Assembly: GCA_051657245.1 (NCBI GenBank)
Contig: JBOFKI010000005.1
Coordinates: forward strand, 1 to 47,467
Direction of reading: 5' to 3'
Length of the DNA: 47,467 nt
Source of the DNA: Alphaproteobacteria bacterium
Lineage (GTDB): Bacteria > Pseudomonadota > Alphaproteobacteria > Holosporales > JBOFFI01
The notes beneath the pieces were generated by a model. That model did no database searches. It had not been told where the DNA came from and saw only the letters and a program-made list of their open reading frames with translations. Positions 1 to 9,761 of this stretch are shown piece by piece; the first letter of the stretch is position 1, and each line of letters begins with the position of its first letter. The position numbers were made by a program, and so were the translations under genes.

Positions 1-26
1 AAAAGCGCACCTCCTTTCATCAAAAA

Positions 27-1190
27 ATGGACGTAGAGCAGCTGAAAGCCTACGTTTCAGCTAATCCCGATCATACCTTGAAAGAGATTGGAAAAGCTTT
101 AAACATGGCATATCAGACAGTTTTCACGTGGGTTGTGCGTTTGAGCCTAACGCGAAAAAAAAGACCACGCGTTACCAGGAACGCAACGAAGAAGCGCGTT
201 CTAGCCTATTTTTATGGTTTCTTAAATTCCGTCAGGGGGTGAGGCTGAAGACTTTTTTTTATAGGTCACCCCAAGGCGCCTCAGCGCTTTCATGATGCAG
301 GTGATGCTCACGGAAAAAACGTGCAGCGCGCTCTCGCAAATACGCATCGGAGTGCGTTTCAACATCCAGAGATAGCAGCGCCTCCATATCAATCTTTGGG
401 GGCTTATAACGTGTCCTTTTGGGCGAGATCTCCTTTGTCCAGCGCATCACGCTGGCAACACAAACACCAAAGCGAGCCGCAACACTTTCCATGCTCAGGC
501 CTTCCTTCTCCCGAACATCCAATACCTTCCGGCGAAAATCTATCGAATATGACATGCCAAAAATTATAATCAATTTATAGATTAATAGCTATATTCGGTA
601 CGCCTTGAGGCGTCTTGGGGTAACCTATAAAAAAAAGTCTGAGTCACCCCAAGGCAAGCCCCGACGCACGGCTTGCCTATCAACAAAAAATCCAAACCTA
701 TCTTAAGGCAAAGCGTCCTGTGGTGTATGTCGATGAATCAGGGGTTGCTCACGATATGCCAAGAACCCATGGGCTATGCTTTAAAAGGAAAACGCTGTTG
801 GGGGAGCCACGCCTGGGGAGTGAAGGGTCGAACTAACGTCATCGGGGCCCTTGTAGGGGGATTGCTTTTGACAGTCACTTTGTTCCAAGAAAATATGAAT
901 TCAGAAATCTTTACAGCTTGGCTGAGGCAAGATTTACTCCCTAAACTTCCCTATAAAAGCGTTGTGGTGATGGATAACGCCGCATTCCATAAAGGACAAA
1001 AAATCCAACAAATCCTTGAAGCTGATGGACATACCTTGCTCTATCTTCCTACCTATTCCCCAGATCTTAACCCCATCGAGCGCAAATGGGCGAGAGGCCA
1101 AAGCACACAGAAGAAGATTCCAGTATCACAACATTCACGAGCTCTTCCAATTGACAAAACTATAATCAAATTATAAGCCCTTAGCTATAA
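27..1190 (+). pseudogene. IS630-family (Tc1/mariner superfamily) transposase gene, inactivated. The HTH part (27..242) and DDE part (673..1176) are separated by a ~420-bp insert, and there is at least one frameshift.
   Basis: 27..242 encodes an HTH-like segment (HTLKEIGKALNMAYQTVFTWV). An alternate frame reads RYQERNEEAR before the insert and AYQQKIQTYLKAKRPVVYVDESG after it. The frame changes again near 770, followed by VVVMDNAAFHKG...YLPTYSPDLNPIERKWA, the DDE signature typical of IS630 transposases. Confidence 0.8.
236..653. mobile_element. Inverted-repeat-bounded insert carrying a truncated IS630-like N-terminal ORF (259..573, minus strand), nested inside the outer IS630 pseudogene
   Basis: The core inverted repeat 249..283 (agacttttttttataggtcaccccaaggcgcctca) matches the reverse complement of 606..639 with 2 mismatches and 1 indel. 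The inner ORF MSYSIDFRRKVLDVREKEGLSMESVAARFGV...VMRW is a typical IS630 N-terminal HTH and has no DDE domain. Segment 563..597 resembles the outer element end at 1156..1189 (ataatcaa.ttata...tagctata). Confidence 0.6.
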
Positions 1191-1278
1191 TTGCCATTGG
1201 TCTGCACCTACCCAAGCTGGATACCCGAACACTTTCGACCTCACCTCGACCCTAAACCCTTTCTTCAGGAACGACTAA

Positions 1279-1749
1279 TTATCGACTTTGCTTTAAAAGC
1301 ACGGCTTTTTGACGCTTCCAGTCTCGCTCTTTAATAGCTTCGCGCTTATCTTGCGTTTTCTTCCCCTCTGCAACCCCCAGCTCCAACTTGATCATTCCCC
1401 TTGGGTTGAGGTAAAGAGACACGGGGATCAGTGTCATACCTTTGCGCGTCACAAGACCCGATAATTTCCTGATTTCGCGCCCACGCGCCAGCAATTTACG
1501 CCGCCGCCGAGGCTCATGGTTTGTATATCCGCCCTGTTTATATTCAGGGATAAAAGCATTAATCAAAAAAAGTTCTGCATTCTCAGGAGAAACATAGGCC
1601 TCCCCCAAACTCGCCTGCCCCGCTCGCAATGCTTTAACCTCCGTTCCTTGCAAAACAACACCTGTCTCTAGGGTTTGATGGATGAAGTAATCAAATTTTG
1701 CCCTTCGATTTTGAACTACAATCTTACGACCATCTCCCTGCTTGCCCAT
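1279..1749 (-). CDS. smpB: SsrA-binding protein SmpB
   Basis: 156 aa, with RRAKFDYFI...GTEVKALRAG...LLARGREIRKL, characteristic of SmpB. It lies directly downstream of ftsH. Confidence 0.93.
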   Translation of the reverse strand: MGKQGDGRKIVVQNRRAKFDYFIHQTLETGVVLQGTEVKALRAGQASLGEAYVSPENAELFLINAFIPEYKQGGYTNHEPRRRRKLLARGREIRKLSGLVTRKGMTLIPVSLYLNPRGMIKLELGVAEGKKTQDKREAIKERDWKRQKAVLLKQSR

Positions 1750-1782
1750 AAACCTACACGGCTCCGCCTTCAGGTCTTGGCG

Positions 1783-3741
1783 TCAGCTTTGGAGGATTTT
1801 TTCGGGTTTTCTTAGGGGGGGGGGTGTCCCCCCTCCAGAAGCGGCTTCCCCCTCCCCCGAAACAGAGCTTTTTTTCCTTGGCTTTTCAGAAGATGAATCT
1901 CCATCCATCGATTCAGGAGGAACAGACCGGTCAAATCGACCTGTATTCAAAAGCTGACGAATTTCATCCCCTGTCAATGTCTCATATTCCAACAAATGTT
2001 CTGCGATTAACTTAAGGTCTTTCGCATGTTGAGTTAAAATCTGTTTCGCCGTTCCATAGGCCTGATCCACGATGGAGCGTACCTCTTGATCAATCAGCTG
2101 GGTCGTCGCCTCGGATACATTTTTATGCTGAGCCACAGAATGTCCCAAAAAAACTTCTTGGGTTACTTCTCCATAGCTTAACGGACCTAATTTTTGGCTC
2201 ATCCCCCACTCTGTCACCATGCGACGTGCCATTTCGGTGGCGTGGCGGATATCAGAAGAAGCCCCCGTCGTCACTTTCTCCACCCCAAAGGTGATCTCTT
2301 CTGCAAGACGTCCCCCCATGGCAACCGCGAGATCCGCCATCAAACGCGCTCTAGAGACAGAGATACGGTCCCTTTCCGGCAAACGCATCACCATTCCCAG
2401 CGCACTTCCCCTGGGGATAATCGTCGCTTTGTGAATAGGGTCAGAATCCGGAGAATGGAAAGCCACCACTGCGTGCCCTGCTTCATGAAAAGCCGTCAAG
2501 CGCTTTTCATCTTCATTCATCGCCATCGAGCGACGCTCCGCCCCCATCATCACCTTGTCTTTTGCGTCCTCAAATTCCTGCATCCCTACCGAGCGCTTTC
2601 CACGCCGCGCAGCCAGCAAAGTTGCTTCATTGACAAGATTTGCCAAATCAGCACCAGAAAATCCTGGAGTTCCCCGAGCGATGATATGGGCATCAACACC
2701 CGGAGCCAAGGCAACCTTTTTCATATGCACCTGGAGGATTTTTTGCCTTCCCATGATATCGGGATTAGGAACCACAACCTGACGGTCAAAACGACCCGGA
2801 CGCAACAGAGCAGGATCTAACACATCTGGACGGTTTGTCGCAGCGATCAAAATGACGCCTTCACTTGACTCAAACCCATCCATTTCAACCAAGAGCTGGT
2901 TCAAGGTCTGCTCTCGCTCGTCATTTCCACCTCCCAAACCTGCGCCGCGGTGACGCCCCACAGCATCAATTTCATCGATAAAAATGATACAAGGCGCGTT
3001 TTGCTTACCCTGTTCAAACATATCCCGCACACGGCTCGCCCCAACGCCCACAAACATTTCCACAAAATCAGAACCGGAGATAGAGAAAAAAGGTACGTTA
3101 GCCTCCCCCGCAATGGCCCTAGCCAGCAAGGTTTTACCCGTTCCCGGAGGCCCCACCAACAATACACCCTTGGGAATGCGCCCCCCTAATTTCTGAAATT
3201 TTTGAGGATCTTTCAAAAAATCAACAATTTCTTCAAGGTCTTCCTTAGCTTCGTCAATCCCTGCAACATCCTTAAACGTAACAGGGTTTTTCTTCTCATC
3301 CATCAAACGGGCTTTGGATTTTCCAAACCCCATGGCACGCCCTGTTCCATTTTGCATTTGCCGCAAGAAAAAAACCCAAACACCAATCAGCAGCAACATA
3401 GGAAACCAAGATAGCAAAATTTGAAAAAACGAAGGTGAACCTTCCTCCGGCGGCGCAGCTTTAATACGCACATGACCCGCCATCAGCTTGTCTACTAAAT
3501 TAGAAGCATTGGGCGGCACATAGGTAGAAAACTGACGCCCATCTTGCAAACGCCCCAAAACTTGATCTCCGCGGATAAAAACCTCCGCCACATGTCCTGT
3601 CTTAACTTCAGACATAAAATCAGAAAAATCCACAGACTGCACATGCTGACGACCCGAGCCACCTTGATACATGTTAAAAAGCGCAAGGAGAAAAAGACCA
3701 ATGATCAACCAAAGCGCTACGTTTTTGCTATTGCTTCCCAA
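1783..3741 (-). CDS. ftsH: ATP-dependent zinc metalloprotease FtsH
   Basis: 652 aa with an N-terminal TM segment, Walker [12 protein letters not shown], the AAA second region of homology, and zinc motif HEAGHA. The C-terminal tail is low-complexity. Confidence 0.97.
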   Translation of the reverse strand: MGSNSKNVALWLIIGLFLLALFNMYQGGSGRQHVQSVDFSDFMSEVKTGHVAEVFIRGDQVLGRLQDGRQFSTYVPPNASNLVDKLMAGHVRIKAAPPEEGSPSFFQILLSWFPMLLLIGVWVFFLRQMQNGTGRAMGFGKSKARLMDEKKNPVTFKDVAGIDEAKEDLEEIVDFLKDPQKFQKLGGRIPKGVLLVGPPGTGKTLLARAIAGEANVPFFSISGSDFVEMFVGVGASRVRDMFEQGKQNAPCIIFIDEIDAVGRHRGAGLGGGNDEREQTLNQLLVEMDGFESSEGVILIAATNRPDVLDPALLRPGRFDRQVVVPNPDIMGRQKILQVHMKKVALAPGVDAHIIARGTPGFSGADLANLVNEATLLAARRGKRSVGMQEFEDAKDKVMMGAERRSMAMNEDEKRLTAFHEAGHAVVAFHSPDSDPIHKATIIPRGSALGMVMRLPERDRISVSRARLMADLAVAMGGRLAEEITFGVEKVTTGASSDIRHATEMARRMVTEWGMSQKLGPLSYGEVTQEVFLGHSVAQHKNVSEATTQLIDQEVRSIVDQAYGTAKQILTQHAKDLKLIAEHLLEYETLTGDEIRQLLNTGRFDRSVPPESMDGDSSSEKPRKKSSVSGEGEAASGGGTPPPLRKPEKILQS

Positions 3742-3927
3742 TTTTTTGCCCTTTCAGAAAACCCATTTTTTTGATCCATTACCCCCCAAAAAAACAGCTA
3801 GAACATAACCTTATTCAACCGAACAAAATTTAATTTTTCCTTAAAAAAAACGCGTCTTTTTTTTTCTGTATTACATTGAAAAAAAAAGATTTCACATTTA
3901 AAAAAGAAGCCTGCTATCTGTTTTTGT

Positions 3928-5289
3928 TTACATAGAAAAAAGCTCCTCCCCAGGATATAGAGAAATATCCGGAAAAAGCACGAACTTCCCCAAAAATACC
4001 ACCTTCTGAACAACCCTGTCAATGGACGCTTCGCGCCTTTTTTTTATCCCACCTGTTTGAAAAAACAGATCATCCAAAAAAAATCCCATTTCCTCCCCCC
4101 CCCCCTCAAACCTGAGGGAAGGTATGCTGGCCAAAGCACGTTTTTCTAAGCACGAAAGTTGTGCGCCTCCCCATGCCTGGACACCGGCTTCCCCTAAACA
4201 CGTCAGCCTCAAAGGATTTTTTGTTTTCAATTGCAAGTAAAACCGCCGGTCCCAGATTAATGAAATGCTCCCATCCTCTTCCGGAAAGAACACATCAGAT
4301 CTTTGGATCAGCGCAAGCTCTCGATAAAACCAAATAAAGCCTTTGCGTTCCACAAGACAGCAGCCCCCCAGGGTTCTAACTTGTTTGAGATGCCCTGCCA
4401 ATATTTTCTCAATCCAAGGGTTTACCTGCCGCTGCTTAAAAAAGAGCTTTTGCCCTCCACAGGCCTGTAGAATTTTCCTCAGAACAAGGGATTGGATGTC
4501 TGTCGAAAAACTTTTGAATACGTCTAACTGAAGCGACATATGTCCTTGTGGAAAAACGCATAACCCTTGTTGCAAGCACGCTGCAATTTGATTATCTATC
4601 ACGTACCGTCTGATGGAAAAATGTTGAATTTCTGATAAAATCTCCTGTTTTTGGGCTGCAGAAAAGATGGTAAGCTGGTGTCGCACCCGAACCCGAGAAA
4701 AGCGCATTTCTTGATTACTTGGATCTTCCACCCAAGGCATCCCTTCTTTCTTAAGCGTTGCTTCCAACCTTTCTTTGGGGAAGCTTAGCAAGGGACGCAA
4801 AAGGCGAATACCCAAACGCTGGGACAAAACAGACATACACGCAAGGCCGTATGGCAGGCTCTGCCTTTCTTGTCTGAGCAAAAAGGTTTCAAGTTGATCA
4901 TCTTGATGGTGAGCCAAAAAAAGGCTTTGGATCCCATGCTTCCAGCAATAGGTTGTCAGAAGCTCGTAGCGCTTTTCCCGAGCCTTTGCTTGAATGCCGC
5001 TTAAGGGTCTATCCCCCTCCCAGGTGAGAATTTTCCCTTGAATACCCAACTGCTCCACCCATTTTAAAACTTGCAAAGCTTCCTTTGAAGATTGAGGACG
5101 CAGACGGTGGTCAACGATAAGGGCAACCAGACTTTTTGCGCGGCCTTTTGCCCAATTTTTTAAAAGTACTAACAAAGCAAGACTGTCCCTGCCACCAGAA
5201 ACAGCAACAGCCAAGCGCTGTTCATCTACTAAAAAAGGAAAATTTACCAGCTTCTCAGAAAATTCTGTTAAAGAAATGGGAACAAACAT
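3928..5289 (-). CDS. tilS: tRNA(Ile)-lysidine synthase TilS
   Basis: PP-loop motif VAVSGGRDSLAL near the N-terminus. The tilS-ftsH gene order is conserved. The C-terminal ~65 aa lie after a homopolymer tract and are of uncertain authenticity. Confidence 0.85.
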   Translation of the reverse strand: MFVPISLTEFSEKLVNFPFLVDEQRLAVAVSGGRDSLALLVLLKNWAKGRAKSLVALIVDHRLRPQSSKEALQVLKWVEQLGIQGKILTWEGDRPLSGIQAKAREKRYELLTTYCWKHGIQSLFLAHHQDDQLETFLLRQERQSLPYGLACMSVLSQRLGIRLLRPLLSFPKERLEATLKKEGMPWVEDPSNQEMRFSRVRVRHQLTIFSAAQKQEILSEIQHFSIRRYVIDNQIAACLQQGLCVFPQGHMSLQLDVFKSFSTDIQSLVLRKILQACGGQKLFFKQRQVNPWIEKILAGHLKQVRTLGGCCLVERKGFIWFYRELALIQRSDVFFPEEDGSISLIWDRRFYLQLKTKNPLRLTCLGEAGVQAWGGAQLSCLEKRALASIPSLRFEGGGEEMGFFLDDLFFQTGGIKKRREASIDRVVQKVVFLGKFVLFPDISLYPGEELFSM

Positions 5290-5316
5290 GGCACCTTGAA
5301 AGCGCAGTGATCAGCC

Positions 5317-5775
5317 TTAAGAACGTTGAGGCTTAGGCGGTGCTTTTCCTAAATTTCGAAAAAGTTGCTTCATAACGGGTGTCGACTGACCCACCGGTGG
5401 CGTAACCCGTTTAACCACGGAAACAGCCTCCATATCTTTTTTGCTTTTTTCATCCATTTTGGTCAAAACACCACCGGAAGAAAACGTTAAAACATACACC
5501 CTATTTTCCAAAACCGTCGGTGTGAAAAACGCACAAGTTTCAGAAAAAGAAGAGAAGTAATACCACGTGTTTGGATCAATGGGAGACACAGAAGAGGGCG
5601 TTCCCCAAAGGTTAAAAACATCTTGTTGGGTGGTTTTTCCAACTTGAATCTGCTTCAATGTGCTGCGAGGCAACACCATGCCACTTTGCTGATGGGTGGA
5701 GACACAGCCCAAAATAGTCAGGCTCAGTAAAGCGAATCCAATTCCTCTTAAGACTTTTTCAAACGAAAATATCAC
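5317..5775 (-). CDS. bamE: Outer membrane protein assembly factor BamE (SmpA/OmlA-type lipoprotein)
   Basis: Lipobox LTILGC, then LKQIQVGKTTQQDVFNLWGTPS, typical of SmpA/OmlA domains. Confidence 0.7.
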   Translation of the reverse strand: MIFSFEKVLRGIGFALLSLTILGCVSTHQQSGMVLPRSTLKQIQVGKTTQQDVFNLWGTPSSVSPIDPNTWYYFSSFSETCAFFTPTVLENRVYVLTFSSGGVLTKMDEKSKKDMEAVSVVKRVTPPVGQSTPVMKQLFRNLGKAPPKPQRS

Positions 5776-5897
5776 TTCTGCAAACCCTAAACAGATTAAA
5801 AATAGTTATCCTGTCCCAAAATGTGGCACATGGGGCTTAGCTTTGTCAAGGAATCCCTTTTGTACTGTACAGGCCTTACGAAAACTGCATCAAACAT

Positions 5898-6662
5898 TTA
5901 AAGCTCATCTTGAGCATGAATGGGCTGCTTAAGAACAAAAAAAAATTTTGAATTTATTTGGTTTGTAGGCTCATTTTCGTGTGTCTGCAGAAGATCATAC
6001 ACGACAAGGTCTTTTATCGTAACAGATTGAAACAATCCCTTTAAATGGTTTTGCATCCTAAAAAGCATGTTTTTTTCAAGCGTCAGCCTCATCAAATCAA
6101 ACATCCTGCTTCCAGATTGAGTACAAGAAAACCAAGAAAGAGGAATTTTGTAAGAATAGGAACTGTAATAAACGTCCTCTTCATTTTTATTGTTTAAAAA
6201 AATCATCGTTGGCACGGCTTCAAAAAAAATACGGCTTTGAGGATTCTTTTCCAGCAATTTTGAATAACAAACCATAAAATCAATCGGCTGATCCTGTAAA
6301 AAATTCCACGAGAAACGGTCAACGATAACCACATAAAAGAGATTTTCAAGCTGCCTGATGTCTTTAAGATCAGAAAGATTAAAATTAAGCTTTAAAGCCG
6401 TTTTTTCGACCATATCTTCTCTATAAGGTAAACTTTCATAACTCCAAATAATTTTTTCTTGGTTTGATGAAAAAACGCTCTGCTCAATACTGGAGCGCCC
6501 AATCACCAGCCCCAGTTTTTCCCCAGATTGTTTAAGGCTTTTAAGAAAATTAATTTGCCGATCTAATTCACCCTCTTCTCTATGGGATTTAACGGACATC
6601 CCTGGGAAAGAAACGAAAAAAAGTGTTATCACCAACAAAAAAAAGGTATATTTTTTAGACAT
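5898..6662 (-). CDS. Hypothetical secreted protein (orphan, AT-rich) ending in QDEL
   Basis: 254-aa ORF with an N-terminal hydrophobic signal-like segment (MSKKYTFFLLVITLFFVSFPGMS). I recognise no family motif. The C-terminus is ...IHAQDEL. Confidence 0.55.
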   Translation of the reverse strand: MSKKYTFFLLVITLFFVSFPGMSVKSHREEGELDRQINFLKSLKQSGEKLGLVIGRSSIEQSVFSSNQEKIIWSYESLPYREDMVEKTALKLNFNLSDLKDIRQLENLFYVVIVDRFSWNFLQDQPIDFMVCYSKLLEKNPQSRIFFEAVPTMIFLNNKNEEDVYYSSYSYKIPLSWFSCTQSGSRMFDLMRLTLEKNMLFRMQNHLKGLFQSVTIKDLVVYDLLQTHENEPTNQINSKFFFVLKQPIHAQDEL

Positions 6663-6749
6663 AAACCACCCATCAAATTACAAAAAAGAATGCCCCCACA
6701 TTACCTGTTTTGTTTTGGATAGACAACAAAAAATGTCTCATGGATGCTT

Positions 6750-7115
6750 TTAAACCATTTTCCCCAGAACCTTTCCACCCAACAGGTGGACGTGGAAATG
6801 CGGCACTTCTTGCCCACCGTTAAGGCCACAATTTGAAATCAATCGGAACCCTTGTTCCTCAAGACCCTCTTGGCGCGCAACGCTTTGAACAGCGCGCCAA
6901 AAGCCAAGCTGAACCTCAGAAGACGCTTTTTCAGTAAAATCAAGCAAGGTGAGGTAAGGTCCTCTCGGGATCACCAACAAATGAATCGGTGCTTTAGGTT
7001 GAATATCGTGGAAAGCGAGTGCATAAATATCTTCATAGACCTTGCGACAAGGAATTTCTCCCTGTAGAATACGGCCGAAGATGTTGGAGGGATCGTAAGA
7101 AGAGATAGATTTCAT
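6750..7115 (-). CDS. HIT-family (histidine triad) nucleotide hydrolase
   Basis: Histidine triad HFHVHLLGG near the C-terminus. The likely start is MKSISSYDPSNIFGRIL at 7115, not the upstream ATG at 7154. Confidence 0.85.
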   Translation of the reverse strand: MKSISSYDPSNIFGRILQGEIPCRKVYEDIYALAFHDIQPKAPIHLLVIPRGPYLTLLDFTEKASSEVQLGFWRAVQSVARQEGLEEQGFRLISNCGLNGGQEVPHFHVHLLGGKVLGKMV

Positions 7116-7235
7116 GTTACGGTTAGCTCCAAAAGTTAAGGCATACCAGAGCAATACTACTACAAGCGCTTAGGTTTGACTAGGGCAGATTATCTCTATG
7201 AAGAAAACCCTATTGCGATTGAGAGGACATAAACT

Positions 7236-7790
7236 ATGACAGAAGAACGACCCTCCCCTTTATGGCATGGAACAACCATTGTATCAGTCCGCAAAGGGAA
7301 TGACGTGGTGGTGGCAGGGGACGGTCAAGTCACCATGGGTTCTGTCATTATCAAAAACAATGCACGTAAAGTGCGGCGTCTTGGGTCTGGACAAGTGATT
7401 GCTGGGTTTGCTGGAGCCACCGCCGATGCGTTAACGCTGTTTGAGCGCCTCGAAGCCAAATTAGAGCAATATCCAGCACAACTCTCCAGAGCTTGTGTAG
7501 AGCTGGCAAAAGACTGGCGTACAGACCGCTACCTGCGCCGCCTAGAAGCCATGATGGCAGTTGCAGACAAAAATCAATCCCTTATTTTAACAGGGACCGG
7601 AGATGTTTTGGAACCAGAAATGGGACTGATAGGGATTGGCTCAGGCGGGCCCTATGCCATCGCCGCAGCCAGAGCTCTGGTTGACCTCGATTTAACTGCT
7701 GAAGAAATTGCCCGCAAAGCCCTGCATATTGCTGCAGATCTATGCGTTTATACCAATGCTCAAATTTTGATAGAAAGGTTGCCCCAATGA
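7236..7790 (+). CDS. hslV: ATP-dependent protease subunit HslV
   Basis: 184 aa. [11 protein letters not shown] supplies the N-terminal Thr nucleophile context, and GSGG is present. The stop overlaps the hslU start (ATGA). Confidence 0.95.
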   Translation: MTEERPSPLWHGTTIVSVRKGNDVVVAGDGQVTMGSVIIKNNARKVRRLGSGQVIAGFAGATADALTLFERLEAKLEQYPAQLSRACVELAKDWRTDRYLRRLEAMMAVADKNQSLILTGTGDVLEPEMGLIGIGSGGPYAIAAARALVDLDLTAEEIARKALHIAADLCVYTNAQILIERLPQ

Positions 7791-9097
7791 CCCCGTTTAC
7801 CCCCCGTGAAATTGTGGCAGAACTAGATCGCCATATCGTTGGGCAGGCAGATGCTAAACGGTGCGTTGCCATAGCGTTACGCAACAGATGGCGCAGGCTT
7901 CAGCTGGAGCCCGCTTTACGAGAAGACGTCATCCCTAAAAATATTTTAATGATTGGCCCAACGGGTTGCGGCAAAACAGAGATCGCCCGAAGGCTTGCGA
8001 AACTTTCGGATTCTCCCTTCATTAAGGTTGAAGCGACGAAATTCACGGAGGTGGGATATGTGGGACGAGATGTGGAACAGATTATCCGAGACCTTCTGGA
8101 AATCTCCATGTCTCAAACGAAAGAACGCCTGCGTAAAGAAGTTGAGACGAAAGCAGCCTCTCAAGCAGAAGAACGTCTCCTAGATGTTTTAGTGGGAGAC
8201 TCTGCCAGCAGCGAAACCCGAGAAAAATTCAAAACCCTGTTGAAAGAAGGAGCCCTGGCCGACCGTGAGGTAGAGTTGTATGTAGCAGACACCAGCAACC
8301 CTTTCCCCACTTTTGACATTCCTGGAATGCCTGGGGCCCAATTGGGGATGATGAATTTAGGAGACATGCTGGGCAAAGCCATGGGAACAGGCCGCACAAA
8401 ACAGCGCCGGATGAAAGTTTCAGAAGCTTGGGAGTTTTTGATTTCAGAAGAAAGTGAAAAGCTTCTAGACCAAGAAAACATGGTGAAAGAGGCGATCCTT
8501 TCAGTGGAAGAAAACGGGATTGTCTTTCTAGACGAAATTGATAAAATATCTGCTAGGTCAGAACGTTCAGGCTCTGATGTCAGCCGGGAGGGCGTTCAGC
8601 GGGATCTGTTACCTTTGTTGGAAGGAACCACCGTCACCACCAAGCACGGTATGGTGAAAACAGACCATATTCTTTTCATCACGTCAGGTGCCTTTCATCT
8701 TGCAAAGCCTTCTGATTTGCTGCCTGAACTTCAAGGACGCTTGCCCATTCGGGTAGAGCTGCAATCCTTAAACCGAGAAGATTTTATCCGAATTCTGCAA
8801 GAACCTGAAACCAGCCTGGTGCGCCAATATGTAAGCCTTCTCGCAACAGAAAAAGTGACCTTAATTTTTACAGAAGCAGGCATTCAAGAGATAGCTAAGC
8901 TTGCTGCTGAAATCAATGCCAATGTAGAGAATATTGGTGCACGGCGCCTCCACACGGTTATGGAGCGTTTAGTGGAAGAAATCAGCTTTGTTGCTTCAGA
9001 AAAACAGGGAGAAACCTTCACTATAGATGCTTCTTACGTACAAGAAAAAGTAGGGACCCTTGCGAAAAACGCGGATTTATCAAAATTTATCTTGTGA
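7787..9097 (+). CDS. hslU: ATP-dependent protease ATPase subunit HslU
   Basis: [20 protein letters not shown], Walker [16 protein letters not shown] and FLDEIDKI. The start is set at the ATG at 7787, which overlaps the hslV stop; the ORF-track start at 7742 is probably too far upstream. Confidence 0.95.
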   Translation: MTPFTPREIVAELDRHIVGQADAKRCVAIALRNRWRRLQLEPALREDVIPKNILMIGPTGCGKTEIARRLAKLSDSPFIKVEATKFTEVGYVGRDVEQIIRDLLEISMSQTKERLRKEVETKAASQAEERLLDVLVGDSASSETREKFKTLLKEGALADREVELYVADTSNPFPTFDIPGMPGAQLGMMNLGDMLGKAMGTGRTKQRRMKVSEAWEFLISEESEKLLDQENMVKEAILSVEENGIVFLDEIDKISARSERSGSDVSREGVQRDLLPLLEGTTVTTKHGMVKTDHILFITSGAFHLAKPSDLLPELQGRLPIRVELQSLNREDFIRILQEPETSLVRQYVSLLATEKVTLIFTEAGIQEIAKLAAEINANVENIGARRLHTVMERLVEEISFVASEKQGETFTIDASYVQEKVGTLAKNADLSKFIL

Positions 9098-9116
9098 TCA
9101 ATTTGAAAAGCCCTCG

Positions 9117-9761
9117 TTAAAATTTCAGCAAATTTACCTTCTCATCAAACGTGTCCGCGTTTGGAGATGTAAGCACGACACTCCCTCCCCGTTCCAGATG
9201 GGATTTAAGGGAATTGCGAAAAATCGCAATTCCTTGGGAATCAAGGTGGTGGAGAGGTTCATCCAAAAGCCAGCATGGCCTTCCGGATAAATGGATGCGG
9301 CAAAGAATCAAACGCTGCCGCTGTCCTTGGGACAACATCCCACAAGGAAGCTGAAGCAGGGATGTTAATTCAAATTGGTCAATAGCTTTAGCTAGCTCTT
9401 CTATTGATGGGGAAGATTGATAAAACGCTAGCCCCTCCTCTAGCTGCTGTTGAACTGATTCTTGCAAGCGTAAGGCGGGTTTATGCCCCACAAAAGCAAG
9501 CTGGCGACGGTGCCAAGGTGATTCGAGAGAAAGAGGATTAATCCCGGTCCAAAAGCGCCCCCTCAAAGGGCGAACCCCTCCCATGAGAGTCTTCAGAAAA
9601 GTTGATTTACCCCCACCATTGGAGGCCTGCACCCCAAAAATTTTTCCAGGCTCAACCTTAAAATTAAAAATTTTTGAAACAAAACGCGGCAAACGAGCCA
9701 ATTGAACATTTTCTCCTTCAAAAGCGTAAGGAATAAAGCTCAAAGAGGATCCTCCATCCAA
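9117..9761 (-). CDS. ABC transporter ATP-binding protein, CcmA-like (heme exporter type)
   Basis: 214 aa with Walker A SNGGGKST, signature LSQGQRQRL and Walker B WLLDEP. The length and motif spacing resemble CcmA. No permease gene is adjacent. Confidence 0.55.
   Translation of the reverse strand: MDGGSSLSFIPYAFEGENVQLARLPRFVSKIFNFKVEPGKIFGVQASNGGGKSTFLKTLMGGVRPLRGRFWTGINPLSLESPWHRRQLAFVGHKPALRLQESVQQQLEEGLAFYQSSPSIEELAKAIDQFELTSLLQLPCGMLSQGQRQRLILCRIHLSGRPCWLLDEPLHHLDSQGIAIFRNSLKSHLERGGSVVLTSPNADTFDEKVNLLKF

Noticed and set aside
2194-2820. 208-aa plus-strand ORF, together with several 60-90-aa ORFs between 1742 and 3774, lying antisense to ftsH
   Set aside because: They lie entirely within the strongly supported ftsH gene on the opposite strand. 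The translations are low-complexity and Arg/His/Ser-rich with no motifs, as expected for antisense frames.
3798-4022. 74-aa minus-strand ORF spanning the tilS 3' end and the tilS-ftsH spacer
   Set aside because: It lies in a homopolymer-rich, AT-rich spacer and partly overlaps the annotated tilS tail. The translation is dominated by Phe and Lys from T and A runs. There is no support for coding.
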